From Blasia pusilla (Eukaryota): a DNA stretch of 64,000 nt. The position numbers and the translations under genes were made by a program. Below are positions 50,862 through 64,000 of the stretch, in pieces. The DNA lies in the NCBI GenBank assembly GCA_050084515.1, contig CM114271.1:29326001-29390000 (forward strand). Reading direction: 5' to 3'. Within the stretch, counting starts at the first letter, position 1. Each line of letters begins with the position of its first letter. Below the pieces are notes generated by a model. That model saw only the letters and a program-made list of their open reading frames with translations, was not told where the DNA came from and ran no database searches.

Positions 50862-51812
50862 CTAGTATTAGCCCGTGCGATGCACGGCTTTATATTACAA
50901 CTCCTAATGAAATATAAATAAATATAAAACTGAAAATATCAAGTGTCAAGAGGAGATAAGTTTGCAAAATGAAGAGGCCCTCTCTAGTCTATATTATTAT
51001 GGGAGACTTCCTTCTTGATTTGCAAACATCTCTTTGCTTGACATGTGGCAAGTGGGCACCAAGAAAATGTTTCACATGCTACGGGAAGTAAGAAAAAAAA
51101 ATTGAATTTATGTGTAGAATCATTAATCTCTTCCCTTCACAGGCTATACACTAGCTCTTCAAACACTTTTTTATTTCCCGTGCATCGCACATACACCTTA
51201 CAAGTAATAAGTAGTTGTTGCACGTGCTCAGCTCCGGTGAAAGAAGAGCCATCATGAGATCTTCGATCCTCATCTTGCACGCTTCTCCATCTCAGTTAAA
51301 TGAAACTAAGTTTTTAAAGAGGACATGTGTCATAAGCGAAGGCTACTTAAAATGAAAGATGTCAAACGTAGAGATATTTGTTGCTAAGACCCCTATTGCC
51401 AAGAATGATATGGATATACTCAAATCTCCACTGTGGGATGAGTTTATTTTGATTGTAAGTCTCAAAATCAAACATTTCAAAGATGGAACATATACTTGAG
51501 AATACTTCAAATACACGAGAGGAATGCGATTTTTATCATGGTGGGATCAGAAAAGTATATTCACATGAAATATTCAAAAACCGTAACAAACTACACTAGT
51601 ACGGTGCCCGTGCGATGCACGAGAATAAAATTTTTTTGTAGAAATTTTGTTAGTATATGACTTGTTGCACACAAATTCAATTTTTATTTTTTTGTTTGCT
51701 TAAGGAGGAACATTTTCTTGTCTAGTTGCCAAGTTTCAAATAGAGAGGTGTTGGCAAATCAAGAAGGCAATCTCCCATATTAATTTAGATGTTGCCCGTG
51801 CCATGCACGCCT
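50862..51812. mobile_element. Cluster of short non-autonomous Helitrons
   Basis: Minus-strand 3' ends with a CGTGCATCGCACG hairpin followed by CTAG|T at 50862 and 51596. A complete minus-strand unit at 51596-51789 starts A|TC. A homologous plus-strand unit spans ~50988-51204. A further hairpin lies at 51795-51810. Confidence 0.75.
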
Positions 51813-52569
51813 AACATAGTTTCCTCAATAGAATGGCTTAAAAAAAGATGGCGATGATATTTTTTAAAACTTATACTTAAAAATTTTAAATAGATTTAAT
51901 TTCAAGTTTTAGGTATAATTTCCATTTTTATAAATCTCAAAAGAGTAACAAAATCACCTTTAGATAATATCTATCTCCCCTAAATAATTCCATTCCTCCC
52001 TAAAAGTTCCAACAAAAATTATTCTTCCCCTAACACTCTACCCACCAAAATCAAATTGACTAAAAATTTTTAATTAATTTTAATTAACAAAATCATTTTC
52101 CTTTCCCAAAATATAATATGTGAATTAATACGATTAATTTTTAAAATAATCACATAATTAATTTCAAATTTTCAATATAACCCTTATTTTATAAAATTTT
52201 AGAAGAGGAATAGTATTTCACTCTTTTAAGTAATTATAGTAATTAAATAATTTAAAATTTAAATGCTATCCCAATCCCTTAAATAATTTTTGATTTCCAT
52301 AAAATTTGATGTATTCCTTCTCCATTAAAATTTATTATCCCTTTCCATCACATGCCAATTAGAACATAAATTTTTAAAAAAAAATTTAAAAAATTTCATT
52401 TTATTATTATTTATAATAACCCATTATGATATTAAATAAATTATAAATTAATTCATAAAATATTTTTTATTCAAATCCTTACGAGTTTTTTCTACTTGGT
52501 TTAAATAGTAAAATTAATTATTATTATTTGAATCCCCCTCCTTTTAACCTCCCCTGCCATTTCCTAAGG

Positions 52570-52718
52570 GCAACCCTAAACCGGGTTAGGCGTTGAGCTA
52601 GCCCGAAGAATTTGAGAATTCCCGATTTCTCAGTTACCGGCTAAAAATCGACGTTTTTGGCAGGGGTGCCCCTCGGTTTTATAATGGCTGGTTGTCAAAA
52701 AAAACTCCCCGGACCCTG
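52570..52718 (+). mobile_element. Orphan right end of the same hAT family
   Basis: AAAAACTCCCCGGACCCTG ending at 52718 is identical to the ends at 29969 and 35244; no matching left end found. Confidence 0.65.
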
Positions 52719-55420
52719 ACCGTCACCACGGGAGGAGAGGTTCCCAAAACCCTCTAGATGAACTACTGCAATATTGGGAAAGATGTTTCATATGAAAATG
52801 TGTTTAGTATATACCACTTTTTCCAGTTTTACATGTGAATGTGAGCATCAAATGGAATTCGGGACAGCAGCCTGACTCTGGTTCGAACTGAACTTCAATT
52901 TTCCGGATTGCCTTTCCTTCTAACTTTGCTCTTTCGGGAGCCCTCCGAGAAATCGATTGCACATTAGGGTTCTGGCATTGAAAGTTTCCAAAATCCAAAC
53001 ACTCGAGTCGGGAAGGCCACGATCCTCGGCAATCGCGGAGAGAAAAAAATTACAGAACAGCGAGCGAGCACGTCTGGCTCAGAGTCAAACATCGTTATTC
53101 TCCGAAACAGACTTTCTGTTGAACATGATGGTGAATCGAGATTCACGTAACCCTAGCGCTAGAAACACGGTCTTGGGGATGTCTTCCCATGGTAGATCCC
53201 GGCGCGCACCACAGCATGATGTGATGGATAGGGTAGAGAAAAGAAACTAGTTGACGCTGTCCACTGGAGTCTCCACATTCCCTGAGGGATAAGTTGCCGC
53301 GGCTCTTCATGCGATTAGTTTCCTCTCGACACGGCGCAGGCACGGGTCGGCAGCAGCCCGGAGGTCACTGGACGCGTGCAAACGACATGCCGAGCCTCCT
53401 CCGCAAGAGACAAGATTGTGGTGGACCGATGCTCAGCAACCAATCGCACGACTCTGCTCAGTGCTATGTGTACATGTGATCTCCAGTGTTCTCCATTTCA
53501 CTAAGTTCACTTTGAACTGGTGCGTGGCGAGTTTTCGAATTTCCTTCCTGGATAGAAGCTATGCGCTTTTGGAATTTGGAGGCATTTTTCTTCCGTCCGT
53601 GTTTCCTGATTGAGGCCACTAATTAATAGCACTCCATAGTCATCCATACGCTTGTTATCAAGTATCTCGCCACCGGAACATTCTTCGCCTGTCCTTCCAA
53701 GTTCACGCTGTCTATTTGTGACAATCCGGGAGAGACAGACGGTCTCTGGGCTGTGAGCTTCTGGGCAGGGTAAAGTTCAACAGTCACCGGGGACTTCTCT
53801 TGACCCTTGCGTTACAGCTAACTAGCTTCCAATGCAACTCCTCTTCATGATCAGCTGTGACATTCTGAAAATCGTGGGTCACTCTGTGATATGTGATTGG
53901 GAGTGTCATGGAGTTGACTCACATTCCCGTCGACGATCTCTAATCGCAGTGGACCCACACGAACCGATGTCCCTGTATAATTATATAAAATCAGAAAGTA
54001 GTCAATGTTTATTCTGAGTCTAGCATGAAAACTCTACTTAGCGAAGTCTGAGACTCAAGCGAACATTTCGGAAATCCGAATGGCAAGTCTCCAGCCTAAG
54101 CTACGTAGGCATCTTTTTTGAACAATCTTCAGATTCTCAAGCACTCCATTTGAACGTCCCAGGATTCCCGAACATTTGTCAAAGAAATATTCCGTTCTAT
54201 TATGAGTCATCATGAGCAGCGAAGAAAGGAAAGTAAGGGTTGCGATGTAAGTGCCTACGCACGTCTTCAATGGAGCGGAGTGGCCCCTCAGAACCGTGTG
54301 CTCATAAGTATGGACGTGATCATTCGTCACCTGAGGCCTGCTGCCAGTCGAGTTCTGTCCGGAGAAATGAAAGCTGTACTTGCTTCAATGCGGCCTTTCC
54401 CTTTGCCATATACTGTACTTTAGTTCGCTTGACGTAGACAGGACAAGGGATATGCCACCCTCGGCTTACAGTATTGAAGTTCAACTTAACCTTCAGGAAT
54501 CAGGAGTAACAGTTCCCCAGAGCAGATCACCCACAGCTCATATTGGAACGTACTACTTATATAAGAGGTTGGTCGAGGGCCCGAACAGCTACTGTAGCGG
54601 TTCTCTCTAACCTAATCAAACCTACGGCTACCTTCATCGGCGTAGATAGTGGCATTCGACTTGCTACTCCAGCCCTACGGAGCCCCGTACGCCTATTTTC
54701 AGTTACTGGGACCTTTCCAGGTGGACGCTGTCTTGTGTGCCATTTTCCACCATAAAACTCACTCTGAACAAATACCAAACGTTTGGCCATTTGTAAAGAA
54801 CCACCGGGCCGCGCAAACGCCGCGCGGAGGAGGTACAGTTAAAGGGAAAAAAGCGTGGGGAATCAGTTGGAGGATGGATGTTCTGTGGAGCTGGCCTCGG
54901 CGCGATGGATGTACATTGGATATTGATCAATATGGATACTTCATACCCCTGCCCTTTTTGGGAGCTTGCCCCCCTTTCCTACGGTGCTTTTGCCGCGGTT
55001 TCTACGCAGCGTTTGTGGTCGCTCTGGTAGAGCGACTATAAGAGATGCATGCAGGGTATGTAAGAGCTGGGCATGCAGTAGTATGTACAACGCTCACCGT
55101 ACACAGTCCGAATGGTAAGCCTCTGTCTGTCTCTCTCCGTTCGGCTCGTGTTCCAATGGTAAATCAAGTTGAAAATGTGGTTTCTCTTCTTTTGTGAATA
55201 CTTTCCGAGTATTGGTTTTCCACTTTCTAAATGCTCATCCGCCTTCAATGTGTAGTGTGCTGTACTGATCGACCGAACACAGGTTGTTGGAAAAAGCTGT
55301 GGCCCGAGTGATCTCTCGATTACCTGGGTTGGGTTCTACATCTCTTGTCGACCTGAGACAGGCTTGCAAGAGTGAAGAATATTCAGTTGAACAGTCGCAG
55401 TTAGAGATCGAAGTAGTACA

Positions 55421-57549
55421 ATGGCCGGGGCGAAAGCATTTCGGTGCGTGCTGTTTTTGTGGCTGTTGGTATGCGCTTCGGCATCTGCTGGGCACTCTAG
55501 CACTGACATGGACGATCATGAACCCACAGCCCCGGTCAATGGTTCTGTGTGTCAGTCCATGGAGCCATCCCCTTCGTTGGAACCATTTGTAGATGAGCTC
55601 ACGACGCCTCCTGTGATTGATATCTCCGACGGTCTCCAGGTCACTCTTGGAGCGTACGTAATCAAGCAGGTTGGTCTCCTGATTCTTCAGCCCATTCCGC
55701 TCCCAGAGTGTCAGTTTGAATAATTTCATGCAGGCTAGAAATGGTCTACTGGCGATCGAGAGCCGAAGCTGATGATTTGGATCCAAGCCTAAAGTTCATC
55801 GCACGGTTGAATGATACGTATTTCATGTGCAGATAATTGTGATACCAGCATGTACAGCCCGCTAGTACCGATGAGCAGATTAACGTTTTGAGCGAAGAGC
55901 TTGTAAGGACTAGTTGATAATTAAATCAGACGCCAGAGAAAAATGGAGAATCTGGTAAGATTGTAACGATTAGATTGTTTGTGTAATCGACCCCACATGC
56001 TCGCTTGAATTTGCAGAAACTCCACCGGGATCTACCAGTAACCACCATGTACGCTTACGGAACCAGCCAGGAGACGGCTTCATCCCCGGGTCCGACACTG
56101 CAGGCGAAGAGAGGCGTTGAATCGTACGTTCGATGGGAGAATCACATCAGCCACACGGAGCATTTTCTCACGGTCGATGATACTATCCACTGGGCCAAAC
56201 CATTAAAGGGCGGAGTCCCTATGGTGACCCATCTCCATGGAGGAGAAGTTTTGAGCGAATCAGACGGGTACCCGGATGCGTGGTACACCTCTTCCGGAGA
56301 TGTTGGACCTTCGTACACCACCATGAATTACACTTATGCCAACTCCCAGCCACCTACGCTTCTATGGTATCATGATCACACGGTGGGAATCACTCGCCTC
56401 AATATGTTGGCTGGTTTGAATGGTATGTACGTAATCCGTTCTCCGGGCGAGGAGCCCCAGAGCCTGCCCAGTGGACACTTCGAAAAGCTTTTGGTAATTC
56501 AAGACAAGCAGCTGCACGAGGATGGCAGCATCAACTTTCCTGCAATTGGTGTGTCGCCTGGAGTGCATCCCAGCTGGTGCCCGGAGTATTACGGAGATGT
56601 TATACTCGTCAATGGCAAAGCGTGGCCATATATGAACGTTTACCCGACGAAGTACCGATTCCGCATGGTCAATGCCGCCAATGCCAGGTACTTCGTGATG
56701 TCTCTGAGCGTGACCAAACTGCGCTTCATCCAGCTCGGAACAGACGGTGGATTTCTGCACAAGCGCCGCTTGCTGAAGCAACTCACTATAGGCCCGGCTG
56801 AGCGGATCGACTTCATCATCGACTTCGGAAAGGTCGAGCCTGGCATGTCCGTGTACCTCAACAACTCCGGCAACGCCCCGTACCCAGGTGGTGATCCCGT
56901 CAGCCCCACAGCATCATTGGTCATGAAATTGAACGTCATCGCACCTCCGGAGAACATGACAATCCCCAATCCCGCAATCCCGAAGGAGCTCTCACCCAAA
57001 GTGCAAATCAGCACTGCGGGAGTGATCCGCAAGCGTATGACTCTCGCGGAATTTGACGATGGAAAGGGCAACCCCATAGGCTCGCTCATCAATAACCTGA
57101 GGTGGAGAGATCCTGTCACTGAGACCCCCCAGCTCAACACCACCGAGGTATGGGAGATCATCAATCTCACGGAGGACGCGCATCCCATCCACGTGCATCT
57201 GATTTCTTTTCTGGTCAGACGCCAACAATCTTTCGACACCGAGCGCCAGGCTGCGGGCAACTGCACTTTCGATCTAGAGTACCCGGATCCCCAGAGCTGC
57301 TACAGCGAGTACCCTCAGGGCCCCGAGAAGCACCATCTCGGTTGGAAGGATACCGCCACCGTCTACCCCGCCAAGGTCACAACATTCGTGCTCCGCTGGA
57401 CCACCCAAACCAACGAGCCCTTCACATTCGACGCCACCATCGGGCCTGGGTACGTATGGCATTGTCACATTCTCGATCACGAAGACAACGATATGATGCG
57501 ACAACTGAAGATTCTCCCAGCAAAAACGGCATGCAATGGCACTCGTTAA
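55421..57549 (+). CDS. LPR1: Multicopper oxidase/ferroxidase, LPR1/LPR2 (CotA/bilirubin oxidase-like) family; exons 55421-55669 and 56017-57549, about 593 aa
   Basis: Signal-peptide-like N-terminus and LEPFVDEL in exon 1. Phase-0 GT-AG intron at 55670-56016 joins IKQ|KLHRDLP. Copper motifs THLHG, WYHDH, HPIHVH and WHCHILDHEDNDMM are intact. The symbol denotes the family; orthology is not established. Confidence 0.93.
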
Positions 57550-58463
57550 CTATTCAGTGATTGCACACAGTTTCTCAATTGCAATCTTGAGAATGTATGA
57601 TAGCATATCCGCCGATCCAAAACATAACGAGAGCGAACTCTTTCTCAAAATTGGATACAAAAATGAAAACTGATGGCGTGTGAAGTAACTAGTGATGGGT
57701 TGATTTTCTCGTGGGACCGCTTCCATGTGTATTTTGGCATCGCCAAATTCAGGCACCATTTGTGACTAGATTTCAAGCCTCTGGACTTGGACTCTCCACT
57801 AAGGAGAGTCCAAGTTAAGCGGTTGAGAGAAATTTCTTTGTGTATAGTCATTACTTATGTAGGATCATGAATAGACGATGCTGCTGACTAGGATGGGTGC
57901 CGGAGGAAAACATGAAAAACTGAGCAGGGTAGTTTTAGAACTATGAGCTTTCAGGTGTCAGCAAGGAACTCTCGATAAAAATCCTTTCATGAGGATCCAA
58001 AGATGTCCATTACGATTCACGAACAACAGGGAGAAACAAAGAGAGATTGATCACTATGCTACCGCCTAGAAAAACAGAGCCTGGTCCTGGGAAAGTGAGA
58101 GCCATCTATCAGCTCCTGTATAGTCAAAATTATAAGAAACTCAAATTCATGAGTCTTTGTCGACGTCAGACGAACAAGCGAGAATATGCATACATGTAGT
58201 CGATGAGCCTCTTTGAGGCAATGGGAGTATTCATATCAATAAGGTAGATCCAGGAAATTCTGGATTCTCTCCTCTGAAGTTCCGATATATTCTGTGCTCA
58301 ACATGTTCGTCGGTCGTAAGCTCTTTTAGTGCTCATTCACATCTGCATACCCTCGAGGCATGCAGGGCACACTTCTCTGTAAATGTGTTCGTATCTCCAT
58401 TCACTCTCACTGTGCGCAGATTCAGACAGCGCGACCGAAGCTAAGGTTTCTCCGAGGCATTTG

Positions 58464-59261
58464 TAATAAATAACAATATTGTTCAATTTGTAGCTTCTCC
58501 GAGGCACTTGTACATCACTCAAAACTAGACATCTAAGGTAAACTACCGAAAGAAGAGGAAACTTAGCTCCAATCAGGCGTTGCACTGACTGTTTTTAGTC
58601 AGTGCAACAAAACCTGGAAAACAAATCCCGCGAGTTTTCGGCGTACAATTGCAGATCGAGCCATAGTGTGTTTCTTAAAATTGATCATAGTTGTAGATCT
58701 TTAGACGCTGATTAAAATAGTCGATGCAAAGACTGCTGAACAGGGTAAAGATGCACTTCGACAAAAACGAGTGATGGAAAACCCATCGGAAGTACAAACC
58801 ATCTGAACAGACCGCTCCTACAATCGCTCAGTGCCTGGACGATTGACCTGCTTAGAGAGAGCTCTAAAGCACTGTCAGTACACATTCCACCTGTTCGGTA
58901 GAAAATGAGGACACGAATCGTAGTCAGTGCCACTGCCAGTGAGTGCCTTATCTGTCCGGATGGTTCACACTTTCCACGCTGAGCACAAATTGAACAATAT
59001 TGTTATTTATTATTACGAGAGGGCCGAGCTAGTTCTGCCAACGGACGGATGTATGGAAACTGCTGCGGTGGCCCAGAAAGAACTCTTCATCTGAGTCGAA
59101 TCCCCGGTAGAGTCAATGCTAGTGTCGCACAATCAGCATCTTCGCCTTTGGTAATGGAATCCAATGTAGAGCTAATAATATCTTAAGGCGCAAGTACATC
59201 ACGATAAACAAAGATGCACTTCGATAAAAACGAGTGATGGAAAACCCATCGGAAGTACAAA
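58464..59261. repeat. Interleaved 28-bp perfect inverted repeat and 52-bp direct repeat
   Basis: IR at 58464-58491 / 58985-59012. DR at 58747-58798 / 59210-59261 (1 mismatch). Confidence 0.8.
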
Positions 59262-62200
59262 AGAGGGGGACTCAAAGAGTCAAAACCTGAAGGCCACAAC
59301 ACGACCAGAAAAGGAAGAAGGGGGCATTCCCCCTAACGACGAAGAGACAATATCAGCAACAACAAGAGAGCTATGCAAACGATAAGCATGCAAACGTGCG
59401 ACACCTTTTAGTTCCGACGAGGTTTCGACTTAGTCAGCCCCATTGTTTAGTGTCCAACGCGATTGCCCCCAAACCTTCCTAATTATTCTCTTCAATTTAG
59501 TAACTTACGTGGTTGGCCTCCACTCTTAGCTTAGCCCCGGAGTCACCCGTAACTTAACGAGTACCAGTGGACAGTCTACTAGGCTCGCCACTACATGTGG
59601 TGTTTGCAAGTAAAGAAGAATATAAATTAGACCTTTAACCTAATTGATATGAAGTGATAGTTGCTAAGAGGGGTAGGGAATTCAAGGAGGAAAATTTAGG
59701 TTGCTTGGTCATGCCGGAAGTGAATGAAGCACTCTTAACCCATAATGATGAAACTTTAGTGGACGCCCGATTGAATCTTACCAACAAAGCTGGATTATAC
59801 TGGTACGATATGGCATCCGATCTATTTGTGAGCTTCTATTCCTACTGACTTGGAGAAGTTCACTTTTTGATTTGTAATAAAAAACTATTTTTATAAATGC
59901 ACTGACTGGAAAATATTTTTTTCATTTTGGAACAGCATGAGTATTCATTGTTGGTCTTTCATGGAATAGAAAGAGAACAATCATGCTCAATGACAAAACT
60001 AAATGAAATATGAAACTTGGGTGTGAAGTGATAAGAATTTTGGGCCATAGTGTGAACATCTTTGGAAAGGGGGCCAATTAGAAATATTAATTAGCATGTG
60101 GGTGCTTGCGTTCAAATGTGAGTATAGAAATTTTTAAATTTTTCGTAAATTTTAAGTTTTTTAAATCTTAAAAGAGTAATAACCTTTTATTTTTCTAAAT
60201 AATTATATTTTTATTACAATTTGAATAATATTGAGCTCTCCTAAATAATTTCAGTCTTCCATAAAATTTTAAATAATACCTACTCTTCCCCCTCCACTCC
60301 CAAATTTGCATACGGACAAAGTCCAAGTCTGCTAACATACCTATGCTTGGAGATATACGTCTGTCCTATAGAAGGAATTGTTTATGTGGGCCTCATCTCC
60401 CCCCATCATGAATGCATGAAACACTTGAAATGCTCATCGCGTTTGCGTCTCACCCTTGTGTTTCTCTAACTCCATCCTTGCGTGAGCCTGCTAGAGTTCG
60501 GATGTTTCGCTTGGCGCTCGTTTGGTTACGAGGGTCGCAATAAAGAAGGAGCATGTTTATACCTCCTAGCCTAAATGCATTAGCCATTGGCACCTTTGCC
60601 ACACTAATTTGAAAGAGAGATAAGAAACATTTCAACAAGGTCTTTCTCATGTGGATTCTATGAGAGAACATGCAATGATTGGAGGAGGAAATTAGACGTG
60701 TGCCATGAGAGAATACTGGCAAAGTGCATGGCTTACATATTTCTAATTTTTGGCTAGAGAAAAAAATGATAAATATGCTCAAGAATTGCAAGCATTATTG
60801 GAAGAAAATTAAAGGTAAAAGGTGGCCATGATTTTGGAATGCTAGAGTGCAAATGTGAAGGCAAATAGAATTATGTGGGATCAAGGAGTCTTTCCCACTT
60901 TATAACTACTTGACTCAATAAAAAAAAAATTCGCGGTTTTTGCTATCTCCCAAGCTTGGTTTTATTTACAATGTCATATAGATCACCAAAAACAATTTAC
61001 ATATGATGTCTATTGATAAAACAACCTTATGACATTTTTAAATTATAGGTTGTAAATTACTAGTTCATGATAGGATGCTTTGTCAAGTCAATGGACATCA
61101 TGTAATTTATGACGTCTCAAATGAGGGCCCTCTTTAGAGTATTCCAATTTTACTACATCAAGGAAACCCAAATTTGCAAGCTTCACCAAATCACCCTTCA
61201 TAAGTTTACAATATCTTGAAAGTCATTAATGTTTTTCATCTAGTTTTTTTTCCAACTTTCTTCAACAAAAAAGTTCCCTCTCTCTAATGTGAAATTTTCT
61301 GCATAAATGAGAAAAAAAGAATTGTCTCCCGATTGAGTAGAAAAAATTATCTAGCTATTTCAAAATTTCAGAAAGAGTTGGATAGATTTTTGGCCCTAGT
61401 AACTTCTTCTTTTCTTTTTTTGGAGTTTGTGAATGGTATTTTTGAATATATACAGAATGAAAGCATCGCACATACTTACAATAATATATAATACAAGAAT
61501 GGTTCCACTTGGAAGAACAATAGTAATCATTATAAACATAGATTCTTGTGAATAACTTATTGGAAAGAGAAGTATTTCAAGAACCTGAAAAAATAAATAA
61601 ATTGGGTTTGTCTGCTATGCACGAATGCCTATTGACAATTATATCAAGAGCGGCATATAAGAAGGTTTTCAAGAAGAGAATAGTCTTTGAACATTCTTTC
61701 AATATTTGTATGAACTTGTTTACCAAGCGACATGTAGGGCATCTTTAGGCGTGTAACCCATAGACAACCATGGGGTCAAGAACACCAATTTTTCAAATAG
61801 ATAATACATTATCTCATTTTACCATTGGACAACATTGAACAAACCCTTGAATAATCCAATTTTCCAACTAAAAAATCACTAGAAAGTGGGGACCTTTCAT
61901 CCCCAAAGGTTTGGGGATGAAAGTCATGATAGCAAGGAGGCTGGACCCATGAGATGTTATTTACTAGTGGTTGATGCTCAAAAGTAAATAGGTGTGACTA
62001 ACTAAGTAGATAGGCCAGGTATGATAGTAATATATACAAGAGTGTTGTGGTGATCCGCAAATTTTTAAAATTCTAGTCTAGTCTTTCCGTTCCTCATTTA
62101 ATTTTCTTCTCTTAACTTAACTCCCACTCCCTTCCTAATATAATTTTCTCCTCTTAATTTAACTCCCTCTCTTAAAATGCAAAAGCCATAACCATCTCAG

Positions 62201-64000
62201 GACAGGATTTCATTACCCCCGGGTGATGAAGCAGCTTAATTACCGCTTAGTTTTGGCTCGTGTGTGAATTAGCTAGGTCTGTGGTAACGGAGACAAATGG
62301 CGTTTCACGTTAGCATTTAGGAATTATTGGAGTCGGATGTACCTGGATATCCAACTCGGATATGCAGATTATTGAAACTTATATGCGCGCGGTCAAGGTG
62401 AGCATGGAACGTCGTACGTGGGAGGGACATCATTATTCCAAGAGGGCGCGGTACCCAAAGTCGCGGATTCAAGAATACGATTCGAGCCAAGAAAGTTCAT
62501 GGTTGGTTCGGGCGTGGTTAACCCTCTTGCGTATCACCGTTGCTGTAGTTAGATTGGTTTCATAATCAGCTTTGTCTCACCCTTGACCTGGATCAATCTC
62601 AAGCTGATAGTGGCTGCTGTAGTACATTCGTTTCACCGTCAATCTGCTTTGTCACTTGCGGCGTCATAGGGAAGGTTTGTAGCACATAATTGGGAGGGAA
62701 GTGGGTCCAGAAAGGAACTCCAAGTGGAGCCGCTTCGGAAATTTTTGAAGATTGCTGCATAGAGAGCCAAACATTTTGAGGAAGCTTTTTTTTCCTTGCA
62801 GCGTTGTAGGTGTTTTGACTCTTACATGTTGAACAAGCAAACCTACGGCGATCGGGGAGCATTTCACATTAAGGAGCGAAGCCGCGGGTTTTTGGTATGT
62901 TTCCCATGTTTGGCTATTAGGTAGGAATTAACTCGCTTGGTACATTTCCACACTACTTGATTATCTATGAATCATTCACAACTATGAGATTCAATGAGCC
63001 ATGGAGTCGATGCGCCTAATTTGCAATTTTTTTGTTGTCATGATTGCAATTCCTCACACCTTCCGAATCCTACACATTTTTCCTAGCATTCTTGTCTCCT
63101 TAAACCCTGAATCTTGGCAGTCGTTTAAGTGGTCACTTGTATGAAGACTTTTTGTGGATGTTTCCAAAGTTGCAAATCCCATCTATAAATACATGTATGG
63201 TTTGTATGTGTGCATTTTCACCACAATCCTTGTTGAAATGAAAACCAAATAAATGTACTCATTCAGCAGCAAAGCCACTACAGCTTCCACTCCCTCTCAT
63301 ACCAGCCTTGTAGACTCACAAGCAAAGAAAAGCTTTTAGGGGAAGTGGATGACATGTAAGTCTGAGATCAAGAATTCAGGTTAAGAACAACAACCCAGCC
63401 TTTATGAATTGTTTTAAACGGTGGACCAAAAGTGAATTGCCATGGACTGCAAGTTTGAAAAACTCTAAATGAATTTATCCTTCAACATTGCCATGGTCCT
63501 ATTCAGTGTCGAGTTTGATGCATAGACTAGGTTGAATAGATGGACCATGCACCATGTATGTGTGCAGCAAAATCCCTTGCCACCACATAACCATGAGTAT
63601 TTGGATATAGGTTTAGTCAGATACTTACAGGTCATGGCATAGGAAGGGTTGGTAAACATAAATACCAACCACTGATGTTGTCATGGAAAATGATACCTAC
63701 TTGTATAAATGCATATGGAATAGATTACACACTCAGATCCGACGCTAAATTCTCTTACTCTTGATGAATGTGTGGTAGTGTTCCTCGAGGGGTTCAATAG
63801 CATCCATTGTAGTTGTAGGGTGCATTGAGTAGGCTGTAGGGTGGCTATGGGCATCCCAACTACCAAAATTCTAGATGTAGGGCAATTTAGAGATCTACAG
63901 ATTGGGTTTAGGGGTTCGGAAAATATCAATAAATATTTGTATGGAAGGGCATGTAATGTTAATACGTGGGTGAACAACATATTCCACAGCAACGGTGACC

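Noticed and set aside
52800-55400. Numerous 60-180 aa ORFs upstream of LPR
   Set aside because: No recognisable domains or consistent exon structure; treated as intergenic/promoter
56005-57549. Bacterial CotA contaminant or recent HGT
   Set aside because: Spliceosomal intron, signal-peptide exon and plant TE context indicate a native plant LPR gene
56142-57560. Antisense and alternate-frame ORFs over LPR (also 28340-28546 and 33311-33517 over the transposases)
   Set aside because: Shadow ORFs of real coding sequence
62300-64000. Coding-like minus-strand fragments, including a CxxC (FACSTCK)
   Set aside because: Multiple stops and no identifiable family; cannot support a gene call without a search

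Overview
Eukaryotic, almost certainly land-plant DNA. A bryophyte-like origin is an inference from the TTTAGGG-type repeats, the TE families present and the LPR gene. About 53 kb is a graveyard of nested transposable elements; the one clear host gene is a two-exon LPR1/2-type (CotA-like) multicopper ferroxidase (55421-57549, +). The mobile content includes: several Ty3/Gypsy-related elements and fragments; two near-complete ZNF862-like hAT transposons inserted 32 bp apart, each with an 8-bp TSD, the second carrying a captured host RRM exon; a 5'-truncated CRE-type (RLE) non-LTR element; a decayed P-element/THAP9-like transposase; a possible Ginger-like integrase; a cluster of mini-Helitrons; a foldback; and telomere-like arrays. 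The most unusual observation is that one Gypsy-related group has non-canonical termini. A promoter-bearing module 'A' (starts TGTCAC) sits before gag with no recognisable tRNA PBS. A conserved module 'B' (ends GCACRACA) is found only at right ends, giving A-gag-B, A-gag-pol-A-B and B-A-B arrangements. All alignments and translations outside the supplied ORF track were done by eye, and TE boundaries are approximate unless a TSD or terminus is quoted.
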